Source of the DNA: Candidatus Actinomarinales bacterium
GTDB lineage: Bacteria > Actinomycetota > Acidimicrobiia > Actinomarinales > Actinomarinaceae
Length of the DNA stretch: 64,000 nt
Reading direction: 5' to 3'
Assembly: GCA_004213405.1 (NCBI GenBank)
Contig: SGYR01000002.1
Location: forward strand, 2,133 to 66,132
In this document: positions 58,200 through 64,000 of the stretch, in pieces
Position numbering within the stretch: the first letter of the stretch is position 1
Layout of the letters: every line of letters starts with the position of its first letter
The notes under the pieces: model-generated
The model's database searches: none
What the model was told of the DNA's origin: nothing
What the model saw: only the letters and a program-made list of their open reading frames with translations
Program-made: the position numbers and the translations under genes

Positions 58200-58567
58200 T
58201 AGTTAAGTCCTAGCCCTATTGTCTGAATTGCTCTGATTTCCATTCCCATCAAAAAGAGTAATGCAAATGACCAATAAAGATGATAATTCACTTTCATTTC
58301 GTTTCTGTAAATATAAAGAAATGTCAAAATGAAAAGATTAACAATATTATAAAATAGGCTGAATGAGCCTATTTCATTGTTTTGTGTATAGTAAATAACA
58401 ACTAAAACTTGTAAGAGCACAGAAAAACAAGACAGCAGAATTAATTTGTTTGAAAAATTAAAAGAAAGTTCAAATTTGGAAAAATGAATTGCTAAAAATA
58501 TCAACCCTACAAAACCACAAATAACAAGGCTTATATAAGAAGGCAATTCTAAAAAATAAAACTCCAT
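58199..58567 (-). CDS. small polytopic membrane protein (4 predicted TM), unknown function
   Basis: 122 aa, almost entirely hydrophobic segments. Its stop overlaps the hydrolase start by 1 nt, making it the first gene of the ddl-containing array. Confidence 0.5.
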   Translation of the reverse strand: MEFYFLELPSYISLVICGFVGLIFLAIHFSKFELSFNFSNKLILLSCFSVLLQVLVVIYYTQNNEIGSFSLFYNIVNLFILTFLYIYRNEMKVNYHLYWSFALLFLMGMEIRAIQTIGLGLN

Positions 58568-58629
58568 ATTTTTATTTTAGTAGTTACAAAATTGAGTATT
58601 AATAATTATTCAGTTACAGTGAATTAGTA

Positions 58630-59892
58630 ATGGTATACATTCAAAATGATCAAATACAATCAAATGTGCCAAGTGCTTGGTATAGCTCCTTAGAAAATTT
58701 TATTGTTAAGGGTAAAAATGCTGAAATCTGGGATTCTGAAGGTAATCGATATTTAGATTATGTCGGAGGATATGCAGTTCTAAACACTGGCCACCTTCAT
58801 CCAAGAGTTGTTGATAGAGTCAAAAATCAACTCGATAATTTTTCACATTCTTGTTTTGCTTTTGCACCACATGAAAACGCAGTAAGACTATCCGAAGAAC
58901 TTAATAAAAGGTATCCCATAGATTCTGAAACTAAAACCTTTATGGTCAATAGTGGTGCTGAGGCTGTGGAAAATGCAGTCAAGATTGCAAGGTATTATAC
59001 AAATAAAAAAGCAATTTTATCTTTTAAAGGTGGATTCCACGGAAGAACATACCTTGCAATGGGATTAACTGGAAAGGACAAACCTTATAAAGAAGGTTTT
59101 GGACCGTTTCCAGAATTTGTAAAGCATGCTGTTTATCCATATAGTTATAGAGATATTTCAGATGAAGATGCATTGATGAGCGTCAAAGATGTACTCAACA
59201 ATGAACTTGATCCAAATGACACAGCAGCAATTGTGATTGAAGTTGAACTTGGAGAAGGTGGATATATTCCAGCCTCAAGTAATTTTTTATCACAACTGAG
59301 AGATATTTGTGATAAAAATAATATCTTATTAATTTTTGATGAAGTTCAAACAGGTTACGGACGTACTGGAAATATGTTTGGTGCAGAGACTGTCGGGGTA
59401 AAACCAGACATTGTTACGTTAGCTAAAGGAATAGCTGGTGGTTTTCCTCTAGCTGCAGTTTTGGGTAAATCAGAAATAATGGATTCTATTCATGAGGCTG
59501 GTATAGGAAGTACATTTGGAGCCTCACCTGTGTCTTGTGCTGCAGCATTAGGTGTGTTAGATGCTTTTGATAACGAGGATATTTTAAAAAATGCAAACAG
59601 ACAAGCAAAGACAATGAATAAAGTTTTATCAAGCTTAGCGATTGATTTTGATTTTATTGGGGATGTAAGAGGTTACGGACCAATGATTGGTGTTGAAATT
59701 GTAAATGACAAAGAATCTAAAAGTCCTAATAAGGAGAAAACTCAAGAAATTATCTCAAACTGTAAAGAAAAAGGTTTACTCCTTGTTTCATGTGGTGAGT
59801 TTGGAAATGTAATTAGATTTATGGGTCCTTTAACTACGCCACTTAAACAGGTAGAAGAAGCACTAGGAATATTTAGCGAATCTCTAATTTAG
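58630..59892 (+). CDS. gabT: class-III PLP aminotransferase, 4-aminobutyrate aminotransferase-like
   Basis: GGYAVLNTGHLHP, NSGAEAVE, FDEVQTGYGRTG, TLAKGIAGGFPL (PLP Lys) and GSTFGASP. Confidence 0.82.
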   Translation: MVYIQNDQIQSNVPSAWYSSLENFIVKGKNAEIWDSEGNRYLDYVGGYAVLNTGHLHPRVVDRVKNQLDNFSHSCFAFAPHENAVRLSEELNKRYPIDSETKTFMVNSGAEAVENAVKIARYYTNKKAILSFKGGFHGRTYLAMGLTGKDKPYKEGFGPFPEFVKHAVYPYSYRDISDEDALMSVKDVLNNELDPNDTAAIVIEVELGEGGYIPASSNFLSQLRDICDKNNILLIFDEVQTGYGRTGNMFGAETVGVKPDIVTLAKGIAGGFPLAAVLGKSEIMDSIHEAGIGSTFGASPVSCAAALGVLDAFDNEDILKNANRQAKTMNKVLSSLAIDFDFIGDVRGYGPMIGVEIVNDKESKSPNKEKTQEIISNCKEKGLLLVSCGEFGNVIRFMGPLTTPLKQVEEALGIFSESLI

Positions 59893-60962
59893 TCAGATTC
59901 AATATGAGTGAGCTCATGAAGCTGATTTAAGACATCTCCATCTTTTATTGGTTTGAATGGTGCTTTCATTAGCCAAGCAGAAACTAAATCTAAAGAGTCT
60001 AAATCATTTTTTTCTTTAAAAAACTTCATATATCTAACAGCGTCGATAGTAACTCCTGCACTGTTTGGTGAATCCCATACTTCTAATTGAACTTCTAAAT
60101 TAAGAGGAGCGCCTCCAAATCCTTTACCTTCAAGTCTAATGAATGCTTTCTTTCTGTCTTCAAGCCACTTTACATAATCAGATGGGCCAATTCTTACATT
60201 TTCAGATGAAATGCCTTTACCTTTATTAGCTACAGAAGTAACTGAAGAAGTTTTACTTGTTCTTTTAGTTTCTAAACGATCTTCTTCAAGCATATTTAGA
60301 AAGTCCATATTTCCACCAACGTTTAATTGATAGGTATTTTCAAGATTTACACCTCTGTCAGAAAATAATTGAGCTAAAACCCTATGAACAATTGTTGCTC
60401 CAACTTGACTCTTAATATCATCACCGATAAGAGGGACTCCAGCATCTCTAAACTTTTGATACCATTCTTTATCTCTAGCTATGAAAACTGGTATACAGTT
60501 AATGAATCCAATACCTACGTTTATAGCAGATTCGGCATAGAACTTAACAGCCTCATCAGATCCTACTGGTAGAAGATTAATTAGTATCTCAGCTCCTGAA
60601 TCTCTTAATGAATCTTCAAAATTCTCAGAGTCAGGTGAAGTTGTAATAATATCTTTGACAAACTTACCTACTCCATCATTTACAACTCCCGGTTGAACTA
60701 TGACGCCAGTTTCTGGAACATCAGAAAATTTAATTGTATTATTAGGTTCAGCAAAAATAGCTTCGCTGAGATCTTTACCAACTTTTGTAGTATTAATATC
60801 ATATGCTGCAACTACTTCAATGTTGGAGGCCTTGTATCCCCCAATGACATCAGAGATTAAACCATCTTCATTTTCGGAATTACTATAATGAACGATTCCT
60901 TGAACAAATGAACTAGCACAGTTACCAACACCCAATATTGCAACTTTTATATTTTTTTCCAT
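59889..60962 (-). CDS. ino1: myo-inositol-1-phosphate synthase
   Basis: KVAILGVGNCASSFVQGI, LIGDDIKSQVGATIVHR, NVGGNMDF and LEVWDSPNSAG, which are actinobacterial/archaeal-type MIPS motifs. Confidence 0.9.
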   Translation of the reverse strand: MEKNIKVAILGVGNCASSFVQGIVHYSNSENEDGLISDVIGGYKASNIEVVAAYDINTTKVGKDLSEAIFAEPNNTIKFSDVPETGVIVQPGVVNDGVGKFVKDIITTSPDSENFEDSLRDSGAEILINLLPVGSDEAVKFYAESAINVGIGFINCIPVFIARDKEWYQKFRDAGVPLIGDDIKSQVGATIVHRVLAQLFSDRGVNLENTYQLNVGGNMDFLNMLEEDRLETKRTSKTSSVTSVANKGKGISSENVRIGPSDYVKWLEDRKKAFIRLEGKGFGGAPLNLEVQLEVWDSPNSAGVTIDAVRYMKFFKEKNDLDSLDLVSAWLMKAPFKPIKDGDVLNQLHELTHIESD

Positions 60963-61163
60963 TTTTTTACTCTAGCAATTGTGAGTTTTATATTTTTACA
61001 GTGTTAATTAAAGAGATAATTAAACCAACTAAAAGAGCTGTAGAGCATTCCAATAACAAAATACATTACAAAAGTGATGATTCCTATAATTTGTAATATT
61101 TTTATAAACTTAGTCACTATTACATTTTACAAATATTCAAAATAATATAGATATAATTTATGT

Positions 61164-62135
61164 ATGATTAAAAATTTATCTCCATCAAGAGCATCTCAAT
61201 TTAAAACATGTCCAAAGCAATTTAAATTTGCAAATGTAGATAAATTAAAAGAGCCAACAAATGAAGTGCAGGCTAAAGGAACAACCGTCCATCAAGCTCT
61301 CGAAGACTTGTTTGACCTACCTAAAGAAGACAGGAATATTGAAAAACTCCATAATTTATTTCGTGAAGCATGGACGAAAGTTAGAGGAACAGATGAACAT
61401 CATGATCTTTTTTCTAGTGTCGAAGAAGAGAGAGAATGGGGTGTTGATGGACTAAAGCTGCTTAATAACTATATGACAATAGAGGACCCAACGAGTTTTA
61501 ACCCCTTAGAAAGAGAGCGTTGGGTCAGAGGAAGTATAGAAGATTTAAATTTAAGAGGAATTCTTGACAGAATGGATAGAAATGAAAAAGGCGAACTAAT
61601 AATTGTTGATTATAAAAGTGGTAAAGCTCCAATGGCTAAATATAAAGAACCAAGATTTTTTGCACTTAAATTATACGCTTTATTGATAAAGGAAGAACTT
61701 GGGGAAATGCCTGCAGAATTGAAATTAATATATCTCAAAAACTCCACTATTCATACATTAAAAATCAATGAAGAAGACTTAATAGAATCAAAAAAAGAAA
61801 TTCTTGAAATTTGGGAGAATATCAAAAAAGCTTATGAGAATGATGATTTTCCGGCAATAAAAAATACACTGTGCGACTGGTGTTACTATAAACCGATTTG
61901 TCCAGTATTTAATGACAACCCTCCAGATACTGAAGGGCTAAGAATGATAAATGAATCCATTTCAGATTTAGAAGAGGAAATTGAGGTACTAGATATGTCT
62001 AAAAACGAAAATGAAGTTCCAAAGGAAAGTCCAATTGGAAGCAAAGATAAAGAACAAATTAAAATTCAGATAGCAGAGTTAGAGGATCAAAAAAATAATA
62101 TCCAAGCAGAAATAGAAAAACTTTTACGGAAATAA
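61164..62135 (+). CDS. PD-(D/E)XK nuclease, RecB/Cas4-like with 4-Cys (Fe-S) arrangement and C-terminal coiled-coil tail
   Basis: SPSRASQFKTCPKQF (first Cys), GILDRMD....IIVDYKSGK (D...D/ExK core) and CDWCYYKPIC (C-x2-C-x5-C), as in AddB/Cas4 iron-staple nucleases. The last ~70 aa are charged and heptad-like. Confidence 0.8.
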   Translation: MIKNLSPSRASQFKTCPKQFKFANVDKLKEPTNEVQAKGTTVHQALEDLFDLPKEDRNIEKLHNLFREAWTKVRGTDEHHDLFSSVEEEREWGVDGLKLLNNYMTIEDPTSFNPLERERWVRGSIEDLNLRGILDRMDRNEKGELIIVDYKSGKAPMAKYKEPRFFALKLYALLIKEELGEMPAELKLIYLKNSTIHTLKINEEDLIESKKEILEIWENIKKAYENDDFPAIKNTLCDWCYYKPICPVFNDNPPDTEGLRMINESISDLEEEIEVLDMSKNENEVPKESPIGSKDKEQIKIQIAELEDQKNNIQAEIEKLLRK

Positions 62136-63389
62136 GCCTCTAGTTAGTTTTGCTGCGGCAACTCTCTTTATTCCTTTAATGAGAGCAGCTGTTCTTAAAT
62201 CACAATTTTGTTTCTGAGAGATAGTCCAAACTTCTTCAAAAGAAGTTATCATTACATCAATTAACTTCTCATGTAGTTCAGTTTCTTTCCATAAATAATT
62301 TTGTGTGTTTTGTACCCATTCGAAGTAGCTTGCAGTAATACCACCGGCATTTGCTAGGATATCTGGAATTATCAGTACATCGTTGTCCCTTAAGATTTTA
62401 TCCGCATTTAAAGTTGTGGGCGAATTAGCACCTTCAATTATTACATTTGCTTTAATTTTTTCAGCGTTGCTAGAGGTAATAACTCCTCCTACAGCTGCAG
62501 GTATCAAAACATCACAATCAACTTCAAGGATTTCCCCATCATATTCTTCTCCGCCTGAAAAGCCTTTGACTGATGGATTTTTAGCTATATGCTTAAAAAG
62601 TTCAGGGATATTAAGACCATCTTTGTTTATCACTGCACCACCCAAATCATTTATAGCTACTACTTTTGCACCCCTTTCATATGAATCAAGAGCTGCATAT
62701 CTTCCAACATTCCCAAACCCTTGAATTACAACTCTTGAATCCTTATAACTTCTCCCAATTTTTTCCATAGCAGCTTGGCCAACAGCTACTGCACCCCTAC
62801 CGGTTGATTCTCTTCTTGTTATTGAGCCGCCAAGAGAAACGGGTTTTCCAGTGACTATCCCAGGCTGAGGTGATCCAACAAAGTTACTGTAAGTGTCCAT
62901 AATCCATGCCATTGTTTGCTCATCAGTGCCTAGATCAGGAGCAGGTACGTCTTTATCAACGCCAATAATTGGTAATAATTCAGCTGTATACCTTCTGGTA
63001 ACTCGCTGCTTTTCAGCTCGAGTAAGAGGATTAGGATCTATCGCTACTCCACCTTTTGCTCCACCATAAGGTAATCCGACAATTGCAGACTTCCAAGACA
63101 TAAGAATAGCTAAAGCTGTAACTTCACCTAGATTTACATCTGGTGCGTATCGAATACCACCTTTAGTAGGGCCCATTGATAAAACATGTTGAACTCTATA
63201 ACCAATTACTGTCTCGACTTCATCGTATTCATCTCTTCTAAATGGAAAAGTTACTACAAGAGATCTTTGAGGTAATTTAAGCCTTTCTTTTATATTTGAA
63301 TCAAGATTGATTAAATCAGAAACTTCATCATACTGCCTGATGACTTCTTTATACATATGTGAGTCAAAGAGATTATTTTCAACTATCAC
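62124..63389 (-). CDS. gdhA: NAD(P)-specific glutamate dehydrogenase
   Basis: GPTKGGIRY, LPYGGAKGG (catalytic Lys), QGFGNVG (Rossmann), EGANSPTT and GGITASYFEWVQN. Confidence 0.94.
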   Translation of the reverse strand: MIVENNLFDSHMYKEVIRQYDEVSDLINLDSNIKERLKLPQRSLVVTFPFRRDEYDEVETVIGYRVQHVLSMGPTKGGIRYAPDVNLGEVTALAILMSWKSAIVGLPYGGAKGGVAIDPNPLTRAEKQRVTRRYTAELLPIIGVDKDVPAPDLGTDEQTMAWIMDTYSNFVGSPQPGIVTGKPVSLGGSITRRESTGRGAVAVGQAAMEKIGRSYKDSRVVIQGFGNVGRYAALDSYERGAKVVAINDLGGAVINKDGLNIPELFKHIAKNPSVKGFSGGEEYDGEILEVDCDVLIPAAVGGVITSSNAEKIKANVIIEGANSPTTLNADKILRDNDVLIIPDILANAGGITASYFEWVQNTQNYLWKETELHEKLIDVMITSFEEVWTISQKQNCDLRTAALIKGIKRVAAAKLTRGLFP

Positions 63390-63601
63390 AAGCTCATCAT
63401 ATATAGGTTTTTGTTAGAAAGATTGCTATTTTAATTTTTTTGTCACACTGAATTTCTAAATTATAGATTATGAAAGAAAAAGAAATACTTAAATTATTAG
63501 AAAAATCTGGAATAAAAGCGAATTTTATTTGTTTAGACCATAATGACCGATGTGATTGTCATAGAATATATGATGAAGCAGCATAAGTTATAGGAGAATA
63601 A

Positions 63602-64000
63602 ATGAAAGATTTGATCTGGGATATCGCTAAAAGTGGTGAAGAAACTTTAGAAAATACTGAATTGCAATCAATTGAAGAGCCAAAAGAATTGTTTATTGCA
63701 AGAGGAGTTTCACTAGAAGCAAAAGATAGTACTTATAAAATAAATAAATTTGTTGATAATAAAATTGCTCTCGATGTTAAAGAAAAAGGTGCTATAAAAA
63801 TATCTGATACTGTATTTAATTACTCAAAAAGTTATAAATCAAAAACAATAGATTTAAAAAGATTAATTGATTGGGCTACAAGCAAAAAACTTTCAGAAGA
63901 TGATATAGAAAATTTAGTAGCACTTTGTGGAAGTACTTTTGTTCCTAAATTAAGGGGTTTAGATGCAGTTGCAGAAAAAAAAGGAATGGATAAACAATTA
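63602..64000 (+). CDS. hypothetical protein (5' part only; runs off the window end)
   Basis: Not in the ORF track because it is open at the edge. ATG 63602, and my translation MKDLIWDIAKSGEETLENTELQSIEEPKELFIARGVSLEAKDSTYKINKFVDNKIALDVKEKGAIKISDTVFNYSKSYKSKTIDLKRLIDWATSKKLSEDDIENLVALCGSTFVPKLRGLDAVAEKKGMDKQ stays open to position 64000. No motif recognised. Confidence 0.4.
   Translation, partial: MKDLIWDIAKSGEETLENTELQSIEEPKELFIARGVSLEAKDSTYKINKFVDNKIALDVKEKGAIKISDTVFNYSKSYKSKTIDLKRLIDWATSKKLSEDDIENLVALCGSTFVPKLRGLDAVAEKKGMDKQL

Noticed and set aside
61004-61117. A 37-codon minus-strand ORF (GTG start; TKFIKILQIIGIITFVMYFVIGMLYSSFSWFNYLFN) upstream of ino1. It would encode a hydrophobic mini-protein.
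   Set aside because: GTG start, no SD, no motif. The 201-bp spacer more likely holds the divergent ino1 and nuclease promoters.
1-64000. About 40 ORFs of 60-144 aa in the supplied track lie antisense to, or out of frame within, well-supported genes. Examples: 1199-1396, 5155-5385, 5803-6003, 8806-9069, 10433-10615, 13431-13625, 14442-14702, 18127-18312, 18502-18690, 20533-20727, 25182-25439, 26025-26216, 26690-26884, 28732-28914, 30776-30958, 37042-37296, 37339-37575, 39715-39930, 40546-40788, 40807-40995, 42073-42297, 43039-43245, 47634-47834, 47936-48121, 48731-48979, 49164-49436, 50647-50832, 51526-51750, 54896-55093, 60384-60572, 60700-60888, 61261-61455.
   Set aside because: Each is fully contained in a gene with strong motif evidence on the other strand or frame. 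Their translations are Ser/Leu/Ile/Phe-rich low-complexity strings typical of shadow ORFs in AT-rich DNA, and none shows a recognisable motif.
1-64000. Search by eye for tRNA, rRNA, tmRNA, SRP RNA or RNase P genes, CRISPR arrays, IS elements or transposases, and toxin-antitoxin or defence systems.
   Set aside because: No spacer is long enough (the largest are 201 and 212 bp) or structured or GC-rich enough for a stable RNA gene. I saw no regularly spaced direct repeats and no transposase, integrase (other than xerC) or recognisable defence-gene motifs. A covariance-model scan would be needed to exclude small RNAs formally.

Overview
This is a very AT-rich, tightly packed bacterial chromosome segment of about 80 genes. 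Start/stop overlaps are frequent and intergenic spacers are only a few bp in many places. I found no rRNA, tRNA, CRISPR array, transposase or IS element.

The minus-strand gene order matches the conserved actinobacterial backbone (the Mycobacterium Rv27xx-Rv29xx arrangement):
- pnp-rpsO-ribF-truB-nrnA-rbfA-infB-nusA-rimP-proS-ispG-rseP-cdsA-frr-pyrH-tsf-rpsB-xerC
- rnhB-lepB-rplS-trmD
- rimM-KH-rpsP
- smc-mutM-rnc-plsX-rpmF-DUF177-coaD-rsmD-recG, then rpmB, ddl and ino1

The window also carries deazaflavin genes (cofG, cofH, an LLM oxidoreductase, a DDN-family reductase) and inositol-1-phosphate synthase. From this I infer a genome-streamlined, low-GC marine actinobacterium, possibly Actinomarinales-like. 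That assignment is inference only.

Most of the window is housekeeping. The observations most worth follow-up:
1. A photolyase-family protein whose FAD domain precedes the alpha/beta domain and carries a four-Cys set. It is translationally coupled to a DDN-type F420H2 reductase.
2. A ddl-linked operon with a MurF-type ligase whose UDP-binding domain is replaced by about 145 aa of transmembrane segments, plus an alpha/beta hydrolase, a small polytopic membrane protein and a HAD phosphatase.
3. Tandem 334-aa GAPDH paralogues, the first lacking the catalytic Cys.
4. Split cofG/cofH wedged into the rimM-trmD operon, with an unassigned extension of about 240 aa on CofH.
5. An 881-aa SMC with no recognisable hinge.
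6. Head-to-head umuC and an N-terminally extended UmuD-like peptidase sharing a near-palindrome.
7. A lepB reading frame with no canonical start codon upstream of its catalytic serine.

All functional calls come from reading motifs in the translations. No database search was run.
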